This document shows, one piece after another, positions 32,071 through 41,736 of a stretch of DNA of 64,000 nucleotides; positions within the stretch are counted from its first letter, which is position 1; the number at the start of each line of letters is the position of its first letter. The notes beneath the pieces were generated by a model, which saw only the letters and a program-made list of their open reading frames with translations, was not told the origin of the DNA and did not search any database. This DNA is from Selenomonas sp. GTDB lineage: Bacteria; Bacillota; Negativicutes; Selenomonadales; Selenomonadaceae. Position numbers and translations under genes: made by a program. The stretch lies in assembly GCA_017635515.1 (NCBI GenBank), contig JAGBLH010000250.1, positions 8,122 to 72,121 on the forward strand, in the 5' to 3' direction.

Positions 32071-33087
32071 ATGAAAAACTTTCTCATTGTAAAACTGAGC
32101 GCCATCGGCGACGTGATCCACGCCCTGCCTGTGGCCTACGCTCTCAAGGAAACCTACCCGGACAGCCACCTCACCTGGGTGGTGGAACCACCAGCCTGCG
32201 ACCTGGTGAAGATGTGCCCCTACATCGACGAAGTAATCCTCTTTGAAAAGAAAAAGTTCAAATCCCTCCACGGCTTCCTGCGGGAGTACGGCCCCCTGAA
32301 GCGGAAAATCCAGGCACGCAGCTACGATGCGGTGCTTGACCTGCAAGGGCTCTTCAAGTCCGCCGCCATCGCCCGACTGGGCAAGGCACCCGTGAAGCTG
32401 GGCATGTGCAATATGCGGGAGCTCAGCGACCGCATCTCCCGCCCTGTCATCGGCCCCCATGCAGGCGGCCATATCGTGGAACGATATCTTGACGTGGCCC
32501 GCGCCCTGGGATGCCGGGTGGAGGAAGTGCGCCTGCCCCTAGAGGTGCCCGAGCGGGAGGCAGACCTGGCCCGGCGGATCTTTGCCCAGGCAGGCGCCAA
32601 CATGGACAATGCCTATGCCGTGTTTGCCATCGGCGCCAACTGGCCCAACAAACGCTGGCCCGCCAAATACTTCGCCCAGCTGGCGGACAAGCTCTACGAC
32701 AGGCAAATCATCCCCATCCTGGTAGGCGGCGGGCCGGTGGACGAGCAACGGGCCGCCGAAATCTGTGGCTATACAGAAGTCCCGCCCGTGAATCTGGTGG
32801 GCAGGACAAACTTCAAGCAGCTCACCTGCATCCTCCAGCAGGCCAGACTGTGCCTGGGGGGCGATACCGGCCCCGTGCATCTGGCCTCCGGCCTGGGCAC
32901 CCCCACCATCATGGTCATGGGGCCCACCGATGCCAACCGCAACGGCCCCTACGGCCAGCTAGGAAACGCCATCGAAGCAGACCGCCCCTGCCGCTACTGC
33001 TGGCAGAGAGCCTGTCCCAAGGGCCTGGACTGCCTGGAAGTCATCACCCCCGAACAGGTGATGGCCAAAATCGAAGCCATAATTTGA
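32071..33087 (+). CDS. GT9 lipopolysaccharide heptosyltransferase (WaaC-like)
   Basis: KLSAIGDVIHALP, DLQGLFKSA, GDTGPVHLA. Confidence 0.9.
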   Translation: MKNFLIVKLSAIGDVIHALPVAYALKETYPDSHLTWVVEPPACDLVKMCPYIDEVILFEKKKFKSLHGFLREYGPLKRKIQARSYDAVLDLQGLFKSAAIARLGKAPVKLGMCNMRELSDRISRPVIGPHAGGHIVERYLDVARALGCRVEEVRLPLEVPEREADLARRIFAQAGANMDNAYAVFAIGANWPNKRWPAKYFAQLADKLYDRQIIPILVGGGPVDEQRAAEICGYTEVPPVNLVGRTNFKQLTCILQQARLCLGGDTGPVHLASGLGTPTIMVMGPTDANRNGPYGQLGNAIEADRPCRYCWQRACPKGLDCLEVITPEQVMAKIEAII

Positions 33088-33092
33088 TAAAC

Positions 33093-33125
33093 AAAAGAGA
33101 GCCTCCCCAAACGAAGCTCTCTTTT
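33093..33125. terminator. Bidirectional terminator between convergent genes
   Basis: AAAAGAGAGC...GCTCTCTTTT. Confidence 0.6.
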
Positions 33126-33150
33126 GTTGCATATGAAAATCGCCTGACAC

Positions 33151-35181
33151 CTACGACGATACCTTGTCCAGGAACTCTGGATGCCTGACCAGCCAGCCGG
33201 TCAGCTCCACCAGCGCCTTCCGCTCTGCCGCATACGGCACCGCCTCCACCTGCTCTGTGGGCAGCAAATCCTCTGCGGGCAGCCAGGACTGGGCGGTGCT
33301 GTTGCCATAGTCACCCACTTTACCCCCTGCCAGCCAGCCATAGGGAGTCACAACATGGTCCAGCCTCTCCAGCAGGGAGGGAAACAGGGAATAATATTTG
33401 AATCCTGCCGGAGCAATCAATTCCATCAGGGTAGGCAGGATGTGCATGTGCGTGCCCATGGTGCTGCCCAGCATTTCCTGCCGTAGCTCAGGATGCTGCA
33501 TGGCGAAAGTGGGCATGCGGATTTCCCTGAGATTGAAATACTGCCGAGGCAGCAGCCCCGCCTCGTGCAGGAGCTGGGGCGAAACCAGCCCCCCGGCGTG
33601 ATCCCCCGTCACTATGAACAAGGCATCCGGATATTTTTTCCTCATGCGCAGGGCAAACTCAACCAAGGCGTGGTCTGCATACCAGATGCCCCCCAGCTGG
33701 CGGGCCGCCTGCCCCTTGGCCTTCAGCAGTTCCGGCACTTCCCGCAGGACGTCCTCTGCCCTGTAGCCCAATTCCTCCATAGGCATATTATAAGGGCCAT
33801 GATTGGAAGTGGTATAGACATAATGGAAGGCTGGCCTGCCATCATCATGCTCCCCAATCTTTTTTTCCACCCCCTCCAAAAAGAGATGGTCGTAGACCCC
33901 CAGCCAGGTGCTCGGCGCATCTTTGCTGCAAAGCTCCGGGCCGCCATAGCTGAAATCAAAGCCGCAGGCAGGAACGAAGTGTACAAAGCTCCCCCAGTTC
34001 AAGCCCCCGCCATAGTAAAATTCTGTGCGATAGCCCAGGCGGCGCAACTGTTCCGGCAAGGAGAGAGGTGTCCGCCCCTGCCAGAAATCCTTGTTCTCGT
34101 TCAGCTCCAAATTATCATCAAAAAGCCCTGCCAGCTGGCTAGTGATTGAGGGCTGGGATATCAGCCCCGCAGGCAGGAACTGCTCCAAAGTCACCGTCCC
34201 CTGAGCCTCACGCCATTTTTCGCTGCTCTCCAGCAGATGCAGCTTCCGCCAGGCCGGGTCAAAGAAAAGCTGGCTATGGCTTTCCCCCAGCAGCCAGAAG
34301 ATATGAGAGGGCTGCTTGATTTTGGCGCCGCCTGCCCCTTTGGCAAACTGCTCCCAGAAATCCTCCCTGCCGCGAGGTTCCACAAAGCCCTGCCAGATTT
34401 TCCGCGTGGTTTCATCATCATGGGTCAGGACTTCGCTGACAGGCTGCCTGAAGACCATTTCCAAAGCCACAAAATCATCCACCACGGCCTTGCCGAAAAA
34501 AACATCTTCCTTCACCACCGCCGGCACTTCATCCCATTCAGGCTTCTGCCGATGGCTGAAGCTGCCGCCGTAGCGCAGCCAGTAAAAGAGCGCCCCCGCG
34601 GCTATGAAAGCCGCGGCATTGGCCCCATACTGCCAAACCGCTGAATCCAGCTGCCAATAAGGCAGCAGGGGCAGGGCCAGCAGAGCCTGGATCAGCTGCC
34701 AGCAAAACCAGCCATAAGGCAGATACCCCAGGAGAATCCAGCCGCCATGATTCTGGTGGAAAAAAATATCCACGAAATTCATCTTGTCGGCATTTTTTCC
34801 CAACCGCAAGGTCTGGTTGAAAGTATCGTGGAAATGGAAATAAAAGATCATCTTGCCCATGAAAGCCGTATACATGAGCAGCAGATAACCCAGGATAAAA
34901 ATCCCCCGCAGGGTATCGCCCATTTCATAATAAGCCGGCAGGAAAGCCCCCGGGATAGAAATCAGCACCAAGGGAAACAAGAAAACATACGCATGCCAGT
35001 CCAGCCCCCAGCGCAAGCCATAGGCAAAGCACTGAAACCACTTGTGAAAAGTCTCTTTGCCCGGCAGCTTCTCAGGACCGTAAACCTCAATGAAAATCAG
35101 GCGAAACAGCCCTGCTAAAAGAGGTGCCAGCAGAAAAAGCCTGAAATCCTGCTGAGCGCCAAACCAAAAGTGCATGAACAT
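33151..35181 (-). CDS. LTA synthase-like/sulfatase-superfamily membrane phosphotransferase
   Basis: N-terminal TM region, then LGESH, TTSNHGPY, YADH, TGDH alkaline-phosphatase-superfamily motifs. Confidence 0.8.
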   Translation of the reverse strand: MFMHFWFGAQQDFRLFLLAPLLAGLFRLIFIEVYGPEKLPGKETFHKWFQCFAYGLRWGLDWHAYVFLFPLVLISIPGAFLPAYYEMGDTLRGIFILGYLLLMYTAFMGKMIFYFHFHDTFNQTLRLGKNADKMNFVDIFFHQNHGGWILLGYLPYGWFCWQLIQALLALPLLPYWQLDSAVWQYGANAAAFIAAGALFYWLRYGGSFSHRQKPEWDEVPAVVKEDVFFGKAVVDDFVALEMVFRQPVSEVLTHDDETTRKIWQGFVEPRGREDFWEQFAKGAGGAKIKQPSHIFWLLGESHSQLFFDPAWRKLHLLESSEKWREAQGTVTLEQFLPAGLISQPSITSQLAGLFDDNLELNENKDFWQGRTPLSLPEQLRRLGYRTEFYYGGGLNWGSFVHFVPACGFDFSYGGPELCSKDAPSTWLGVYDHLFLEGVEKKIGEHDDGRPAFHYVYTTSNHGPYNMPMEELGYRAEDVLREVPELLKAKGQAARQLGGIWYADHALVEFALRMRKKYPDALFIVTGDHAGGLVSPQLLHEAGLLPRQYFNLREIRMPTFAMQHPELRQEMLGSTMGTHMHILPTLMELIAPAGFKYYSLFPSLLERLDHVVTPYGWLAGGKVGDYGNSTAQSWLPAEDLLPTEQVEAVPYAAERKALVELTGWLVRHPEFLDKVSS

Positions 35182-35204
35182 GCGCTAAAATTCCCCCATA
35201 GCCA

Positions 35205-36302
35205 TCACAGCTGCTCTTTTGCCCGTTCCAAGGCGCTCTTGATCACATCGTCCATGTCGTAATATTTGTACTCAGCCAGCCGCCCGCCAAAGATGACCCT
35301 GCTTTCCTTCGCGGCAAGCTCTGCATACTGCCGGTAAAGCGCCTGGTTCCTGTCGTTGTTCACAGGATAGTAAGCCTCCTCGCCTGGCTGCCAGTCAGCG
35401 GGGTATTCACGGGTCACATAGGTCACAGGCTGAGTTCCGAATTCAAAGTGCTTGTGCTCGATGATGCGGGTGTAGGGCACTTCCCTGGCAGTGTAGTTCA
35501 TCACCGCTACCCCCTGGTGATTTTCCTCTGCCAGGCGCTCTGTCTCAAACCTCAGGCCACGGTACTCCAGGCGGCCCAGCTTGTAAGCAAAGTATTCATC
35601 GATAGGGCCGGTATAGACAATTTTCCTGCCCAGTTTGTCGTAAGTTTCCCTATCCTGCAGATAGTCGGTATCCAGCCGCACCTCAATGCCCTCCAGCAAA
35701 GCATCTATAAGCTTGTTGTAGCCTCCCACGGGAATGCCCTGATAGCGGTCATTGAAGTAGTTGTTGTCAAAGGTCAGCCGCACAGGCAGCCGCTTGATGA
35801 TGAAGGCGGGAAGCTCAGTGCAGGCACGCCCCCACTGCTTTTCCGTATACCCCTTGATGAGTTTTTCATAGACGGTGCGGCCAATCAGAGAAATGGCCTG
35901 CTCCTCAAGATTCTGCGGCTCATCTATGCCCGCCTCACGCCTCTCGGCCTCAAGCTTTGCCTCCACTTCAGCAGGGGTGTGCACCTCCGGCCAGAGCTTG
36001 GTGAAGGTATTCATGTTGAAAGGCAGATTGTAGAGTTCCCCGCGGAAGTTCGCCACAGGCGAATTCACATAGTTGTTGAACTCCACAAAGCTGTTGACAT
36101 ACTCCCAGACATCCTTGTAAGAAGTGTGGAAGATATGGGCACCATAGCGATGGATGTTGATGCCGCCCCTCTCCTCACAGTAAACATTCCCCCCCGCATG
36201 GCTCCTGCGCTCCAGCACCAGGCAGGACTTGCCCTGTTGCTTCATTTCATGGGCAAAAACAGCCCCAAAAAGGCCGCTGCCAACAATCAGATAATCATAC
36301 AT
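35205..36302 (-). CDS. glf: UDP-galactopyranose mutase
   Basis: IVGSGLFG, YGAHIFHT, YTEKQWG, TRIIEHKHF, GRLAEYKYYDMD. Confidence 0.96.
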   Translation of the reverse strand: MYDYLIVGSGLFGAVFAHEMKQQGKSCLVLERRSHAGGNVYCEERGGINIHRYGAHIFHTSYKDVWEYVNSFVEFNNYVNSPVANFRGELYNLPFNMNTFTKLWPEVHTPAEVEAKLEAERREAGIDEPQNLEEQAISLIGRTVYEKLIKGYTEKQWGRACTELPAFIIKRLPVRLTFDNNYFNDRYQGIPVGGYNKLIDALLEGIEVRLDTDYLQDRETYDKLGRKIVYTGPIDEYFAYKLGRLEYRGLRFETERLAEENHQGVAVMNYTAREVPYTRIIEHKHFEFGTQPVTYVTREYPADWQPGEEAYYPVNNDRNQALYRQYAELAAKESRVIFGGRLAEYKYYDMDDVIKSALERAKEQL

Positions 36303-37233
36303 TGCTTTTCTCCTCATTTCCATCATTCTTCAATAAGTACAGGGGACGATTTTTCACTTCCGTATAGATACGGCCCAAATATTCCCCCATGACCCCCAGC
36401 ATAATCAACTGGGTGCCGCCAAACAGGGAGAGACACACCATAATGGTGGTCCAGCCGGACACAGCTTCATCACACACATATGCATACAATACATGCAGGA
36501 AAAGCAAAAAACTGAACAGCGCAAGAATTATCCCCGCTACAAAGGCTGCCCTCAGCGGCACTACCGAGTAGCCCACGATGCCGTCCACCGCCAGCTTTGC
36601 CATCTTTGAGAAGGAATACTTTGACTTCCCCGCAAAACGTGGTGGTGCCACAAAAGGCACTTCCGCCATTTTGAAGCCCAGCAGGGTCACCATGCCCCGC
36701 AAAAAGCGGTCATGCTCCCGATACTTGCGCAAGGCCTCTACAGCCTGCCTGTCCAAAAGGCGAAAATCCGAGCCACCAGGGCGAATATTTACACTGGACA
36801 AATTATTGATGAGCTTGTAATAAAGCTCTGAGGTTTTCTTTTTTAACCAGCTTACCCCCTGGGTATCAAGGCGGATGGTCTGGACAATCTCATATCCTTC
36901 CTCCCAGATCCGCAGCAATTCAGGGATAAGTGCCGGCGGATGCTGCATGTCCCCATCCATGGAAATGACTGCATCCCCTTGTGCGTGGTCCAGGCCACAG
37001 GTCAGCGCCATCTGATGGCCGCAGTTGCGGGACAGGGCCAAAACCTTGATATGCTTGTTTTGCTCCTGCAGCCTCTCTATGATTTCCAGACTGTTATCCT
37101 TTGAACCGTCATCTACAAAAATAAGTTCCCAATCGTAGGCCAGGTTCGTCATTTCCGCTTCTACAGCCACAGCAAAATGCTCAATATTGTCTCCTTCATT
37201 GTACACTGACACAACTATTGATACACTTTTCAA
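36295..37233 (-). CDS. GT2 polyprenol-phosphate glycosyltransferase (GtrB/ArnC-like)
   Basis: VDDGSKD, LSRNCGHQ, MDGDMQHPP, DFRLLDR, two C-terminal TMs, GEYLGRIY. Confidence 0.9.
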   Translation of the reverse strand: MKSVSIVVSVYNEGDNIEHFAVAVEAEMTNLAYDWELIFVDDGSKDNSLEIIERLQEQNKHIKVLALSRNCGHQMALTCGLDHAQGDAVISMDGDMQHPPALIPELLRIWEEGYEIVQTIRLDTQGVSWLKKKTSELYYKLINNLSSVNIRPGGSDFRLLDRQAVEALRKYREHDRFLRGMVTLLGFKMAEVPFVAPPRFAGKSKYSFSKMAKLAVDGIVGYSVVPLRAAFVAGIILALFSFLLFLHVLYAYVCDEAVSGWTTIMVCLSLFGGTQLIMLGVMGEYLGRIYTEVKNRPLYLLKNDGNEEKSNV

Positions 37234-38681
37234 ATCTCTCTCTCCTCTGACTCATGATAATAGAGCTGTTGCCTGTAACCGTCAGCCAACTTATGCCATT
37301 TCCCCGGCCATCTTTCCTGCAGTTTTTTTATTCCCTGTTCCGTGGAAATGATCAAGAGCGGCTTATTATGATTTACCGAGAGAATATCCTTCTTAGGCAC
37401 TATATCGGTAACACTCCAGTCGAGTTTCCGCTCCTCCATGAGCTCCTGCTTTTCTACCAGGTCAAAGGTATATGCTCCCGTGTAATATGAAAAAGATATC
37501 ACACTTCCGCTACGTTGGAAGCAATAAACCTCCACCCCTTTGTCAAGATAGCTCTTGGCTGCCAGCGCCATTTGATATGAAGAATGATTTTCCATGCGTG
37601 GAACTGCCACCAGGAACAGGACACTTACATACACCAACGACATAACAGCTGCCCCATAAAAGAATTTCTTGCCCGTATGACAGAAAAATCTGGCCATCAG
37701 CAGGACTACGGGAAACATATAAGGGAAAGTGTAGGTCACATATTTCGTGGCAAAGCACTGGAACACCAGAAAAACTGTCACTGCCCACACCAGGAGGAAT
37801 TTTGTCTCAACCGTCAATTTGAGCCTCCAGCCCTTGCGCCATTTCTGTATAGCTGCAGGTATAGCCACCAGGCTCCAAGGGAAGAAGCCCGCCAGGAATA
37901 TCCCGATATAATAATACCAGACATTATCGCTTGGGTGTTCGGACACGGTAGCCCTCATCACATTATGAACCCCCAAGAAGACATCGACAAAATCGCGTCC
38001 ATGGAGCATGAACATCGGCACATACCAAATGCCCGCCACAGCCAGGAACAATATGAACCCTAAAAAAATCTCTTTTGCCAGCAGTACACGCCAGTCCTTT
38101 TGCCACCCCAAAAAGATAAGAATGATAAGCCCCGGCAGGCAAAGTCCGATAGGGCCCTTATCCAGCACAGCAAAAGCTGCCGCCACAAAAGCATAGTAAA
38201 AAAAGCTGTTTTTCCTCTCCGTATACCCCCTGTAAAACATGATGAGCGTAAGGGATACCGTGACCAGCAAAGTCATGTCCGTGATTATGGCATGGCCTAC
38301 ATACCAGGTTTCCAGGGAGGTGGCAAACAAAAGCGCTGCCACCAAAGCCACGCGGCTGCCATAAAGCCTCTTGCCCCAAAAGTAAAGCAGCGCCATGGCT
38401 GCTGCCACCATCAGGGCAGAAGGGAACCGAGCCGCAAAATTATTCAAACCGAATACAGCGAAAGAAGCAGCCAGTTCCCAGTAGTACAAAATGGGTTTGT
38501 CAAACCAATAGTCCCCCAAGATGCGGGGAGAAAAATAATCGCTGTACTGGAGCATTTCTCTGGCCGTTTCCGCATAATTGCATTCTACCGGTTCTGTGAC
38601 AGTGAGCAGGTTATTGCCCAATAAATAAAGCAATGCCCACACTGCTCCCAACACCCATAGATGATTCTTTTCATCCACCAT
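37230..38681 (-). CDS. ArnT/PMT-family (GT-C) glycosyltransferase
   Basis: ECNYAETAREM, FDKPILYYW, AARFPSA, KGPIG, multi-TM. Confidence 0.85.
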   Translation of the reverse strand: MVDEKNHLWVLGAVWALLYLLGNNLLTVTEPVECNYAETAREMLQYSDYFSPRILGDYWFDKPILYYWELAASFAVFGLNNFAARFPSALMVAAAMALLYFWGKRLYGSRVALVAALLFATSLETWYVGHAIITDMTLLVTVSLTLIMFYRGYTERKNSFFYYAFVAAAFAVLDKGPIGLCLPGLIILIFLGWQKDWRVLLAKEIFLGFILFLAVAGIWYVPMFMLHGRDFVDVFLGVHNVMRATVSEHPSDNVWYYYIGIFLAGFFPWSLVAIPAAIQKWRKGWRLKLTVETKFLLVWAVTVFLVFQCFATKYVTYTFPYMFPVVLLMARFFCHTGKKFFYGAAVMSLVYVSVLFLVAVPRMENHSSYQMALAAKSYLDKGVEVYCFQRSGSVISFSYYTGAYTFDLVEKQELMEERKLDWSVTDIVPKKDILSVNHNKPLLIISTEQGIKKLQERWPGKWHKLADGYRQQLYYHESEEREI

Positions 38682-38757
38682 ACGCATTGCCTCCAAATGC
38701 AAATACTTCATCAAGAATCTTTCATCAACGCCTGCAGCTTTTCTGCCAGCATGATGT

Positions 38758-39153
38758 CTACAGAACATCTCCATATATATCAGCTATACAGCATTTTATC
38801 TTTTCAAACTCAGGCACATATTTCTCTATAATCAAATTGGCCAGTTCCCTTGCTTTTTTTCCATCATAAATGTGGGTCAGGTCATTTCTTTTCTCCAGCA
38901 TTTCCAACCAAGTGCCCTCATCAATGAAGTCATAGGTTTTATAAGCTTCCTTGATGATAGCTCTTGGCGAACCAGATGCAGATACAGAACTTCCTTCATA
39001 TTTCAGCAGCTCTTTAAGCACTTTCCACCCCAGCTCAAACTGCACAAAAAATTTGTCTATGATACCGCCGATGATGAACTCATTATTCAAATCCTGCTCT
39101 GATGCTTGAGATAAAACCGCCAAATTGCTGCAAAAATTATCATATTTTCTCAT
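38758..39153 (-). CDS. HEPN-type nucleotidyltransferase substrate-binding protein (HI0074 family)
   Basis: GIIDKFFVQFELGWKVLK, SPRAIIKEAY, RNDLTHIYD. Confidence 0.87.
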   Translation of the reverse strand: MRKYDNFCSNLAVLSQASEQDLNNEFIIGGIIDKFFVQFELGWKVLKELLKYEGSSVSASGSPRAIIKEAYKTYDFIDEGTWLEMLEKRNDLTHIYDGKKARELANLIIEKYVPEFEKIKCCIADIYGDVL

Positions 39154-39427
39154 AGATGACTACTCCATCTCTCTTTATCTCTCCTGCCAGTTCTTCAGAT
39201 ATCTCATTGTCCATGTTGACTATATCAAAAGTCAGCAATGTCCATACCTTTTCCTCAACATCAAGCTTGAAATTCACAAAATCACGGCAGCCATACACAG
39301 CAATATCAACATCACTCTTCTCGCTGTTATCGCCCCTGGAACGAGAGCCGAACAAGATTATTTTTACGACACCATATTCCAAGGCCAGCTTTTCCAAATC
39401 TGCTATAATTCTATCGCTCAGGTTCAT
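39140..39427 (-). CDS. Minimal nucleotidyltransferase (HI0073-like)
   Basis: ILFGSRSRGDNSEKSDVDIAV. Confidence 0.88.
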   Translation of the reverse strand: MNLSDRIIADLEKLALEYGVVKIILFGSRSRGDNSEKSDVDIAVYGCRDFVNFKLDVEEKVWTLLTFDIVNMDNEISEELAGEIKRDGVVIYEKI

Positions 39428-39474
39428 GGCCTCTCCTTCTCTTGTTGCAGCTCATCTCTAAGCCGTCCAACTCT

Positions 39475-40386
39475 TCATGAAACAGGCAAAGAAATGTCAG
39501 ATAAGCATTCCGCCACTTGTCTGTCTATCTCGTCCAGCATGGCAAAGCGTCTGCGGTACACCGCCCTCTTGCGGGTAGGCACTTCCTCTATAGTCTTGCG
39601 GGGCTCCACCAACGGCAACTCGTCAAAACGCTCATCCTCAGTCTTCCAGCCTCCGGCCTCCAGCCAGAACTCGCTGAAATCAGTCTTGAGCTTGCGGTCT
39701 ACCCGCACATGGTTCATGGCGTAGTAACCCTGATTGGTGACAGCATAAATGTGCTTCAAGCCCAAGCCGCGCGCCAAAGCCTGGGTCAGATAGAGAATGA
39801 GATTTTTCGTGCGATAGGCATGGCACCGCTTGGTGACCTTCTTGACGATATCCCGCGCCCCCTCCATATTCGGCCCCTGCATGGCGCCGATATAAAGGGA
39901 ATATTCTCCAGCCCTGTCTTTGGCCAGCCAAAAAATCATCTGATAAAGGCACATATCCCCAAGATAGAGCATCATTGACAGCAAGCCTTCTTTCCTTTGG
40001 CCTGTTTCAAAAGCGAGCTTGCAGCGCAAAGGCAATTCTCCTTCAGCGCAATCTTCCCAAAGGGTGTAGTACTCATGGTCATACAAGCCCCGAAAAATCT
40101 CCGGGCGCAAATTTTCCTTCAAAAAGGTCATATGCTCCCGCACAATGCGCAGGCGACTGTCAAAATTCGACTTGCAATAAAAAAAAGCGCGGGTAGGCTG
40201 CTCATAGACGAAGGGACAGGTTTCAGCAATAGCCTGCAGGATTTCATCACTTGCAAAAAAACGTTCCAAATCCCTAAGCTTTCCCCTGTGCAGGAATGCC
40301 CTGGCCCTAAATACCCAATAGCGCCTTACCTCACGGGGATTATCCATATTATAAATGGCATGGCCAAGCTGCCTGAATGATTTCAT
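39475..40386 (-). CDS. VirK/YbjX (DUF535) family protein
   Basis: KEGLLSM, LYIGAMQGP, TKRCHAYRTKNLI, DFSEFWLEAGG, RKRAVYRRRF. Confidence 0.82.
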   Translation of the reverse strand: MKSFRQLGHAIYNMDNPREVRRYWVFRARAFLHRGKLRDLERFFASDEILQAIAETCPFVYEQPTRAFFYCKSNFDSRLRIVREHMTFLKENLRPEIFRGLYDHEYYTLWEDCAEGELPLRCKLAFETGQRKEGLLSMMLYLGDMCLYQMIFWLAKDRAGEYSLYIGAMQGPNMEGARDIVKKVTKRCHAYRTKNLILYLTQALARGLGLKHIYAVTNQGYYAMNHVRVDRKLKTDFSEFWLEAGGWKTEDERFDELPLVEPRKTIEEVPTRKRAVYRRRFAMLDEIDRQVAECLSDISLPVS

Positions 40387-40485
40387 AGTCAACCTCCTAA
40401 ATCTGAGCTTCTCTAACGCCAGGCAGAAAATCTCTCCGACAAACACCAAGTCGTCTCCCGAACATGACTTTTTTTCAATGTCAGA

Positions 40486-41661
40486 TTAATTATCCACGGT
40501 GTCATGCAGCAACTTTTCCCATTTATTCCAAATGTTTTCAGCCCTGTAAGGTTTCATCGCCTGCCTTGCCGCATTTCCCATCCTGGATCTCAGGTCCCTG
40601 TCCGACATCAGCTTTCTCAGGCCTTCAGCATAGGCCTCCACCCCGTCGTCTGCCAGGAATCCGGTTTTGCCATCTTCAATCAGCTCATTCACAGCCGAAC
40701 AATTCTTGAAGCCCACGGCTGGCAAGCCCATGCTCATAGCTTCTGTCAGGGACATGCCCCAGCCTTCATAGGCGCTGGGGAAGGCAAATACATCCCCTTC
40801 TTTCAAGACTTTCGCTACATCGTGAGTGGTTCCCATGAACTTGATCCTGTCGCTCAATCCCGCCTGATCTATTTTCCTCTGCATGGATTTTGTGTAGGAT
40901 AACTTATCATCAGCTCCCCACAATTCTGCCTGCCACTGAGGAAATTCTTTCACCAGCTTGATAAAGGCTTCCACCAAAATATGTGGGCGCTTATGATTTT
41001 TCACCAAACGGGCCAGGAAGATGATTTTATAGGTTTCTTTTTCTGCCTGCAGTTCGGCCTGTTTCTCATATTGAGGTACCACATTCCCTATGGCCACTGT
41101 CTTGAGATTTGGAAACCGCTTCTTCAGGCTATCCTGAAAAGACGGTATCAGCACCTGATTAACAGCGCTTCGCTCTATAGCGGGCAATTCAGCCACCGGG
41201 TAGGTATGGAAATAATCCTCCGGATCTCCATGGGACATGGTTATGACAGGGACATCGGTCTGTATATCCAAGAGGAAAGATTTGCTTGCCGCCGGCTGCC
41301 AGGACACTATCACATGAGGTGCGACTTCCTCCAGGGCCCTGCGTATATTTCCCAATAAATTTTTCTCTATGAAACTATCATTTACACTCCGTGCCCTGCG
41401 TATATCCACCACTCGCAAGAGTTCCCGCTTTATCTTCAATCTCTTGGGAAAAGCAATATGCTGGCCATAGGCATGCTGCAGATTTATGGCCCTTACATTT
41501 TCATTTACCGGATAGAAGAAATCTCCCTCTTTATCGTCGCAGTACATCGCCGTGACTTCATGTCCGCGTGCACACATTTCATTGGCGAAAGCACAGAAGA
41601 CCTTAGCCGCCCCTCCTGAGTCATTAACCATTTTAGAAAAATTAGCTAATAAAATCTTCAA
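40486..41661 (-). CDS. GT4 glycosyltransferase
   Basis: GGAAKV, FPSAYEGWGMSLTEAMSMGLP (Ex7E). Confidence 0.9.
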   Translation of the reverse strand: MKILLANFSKMVNDSGGAAKVFCAFANEMCARGHEVTAMYCDDKEGDFFYPVNENVRAINLQHAYGQHIAFPKRLKIKRELLRVVDIRRARSVNDSFIEKNLLGNIRRALEEVAPHVIVSWQPAASKSFLLDIQTDVPVITMSHGDPEDYFHTYPVAELPAIERSAVNQVLIPSFQDSLKKRFPNLKTVAIGNVVPQYEKQAELQAEKETYKIIFLARLVKNHKRPHILVEAFIKLVKEFPQWQAELWGADDKLSYTKSMQRKIDQAGLSDRIKFMGTTHDVAKVLKEGDVFAFPSAYEGWGMSLTEAMSMGLPAVGFKNCSAVNELIEDGKTGFLADDGVEAYAEGLRKLMSDRDLRSRMGNAARQAMKPYRAENIWNKWEKLLHDTVDN

Positions 41662-41736
41662 AGCAATCTCTCCTATCACGAATCTGCTGAGGAATACCTG
41701 CCTGCAGCACTCATGGAAAACCATCATTTATTGGAA

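Noticed and set aside
40179-40186. Homopolymer tracts (A8 in the virK-like gene, C7 in glf and csaB) as phase-variation switches
   Set aside because: Short, in frame and expected by chance
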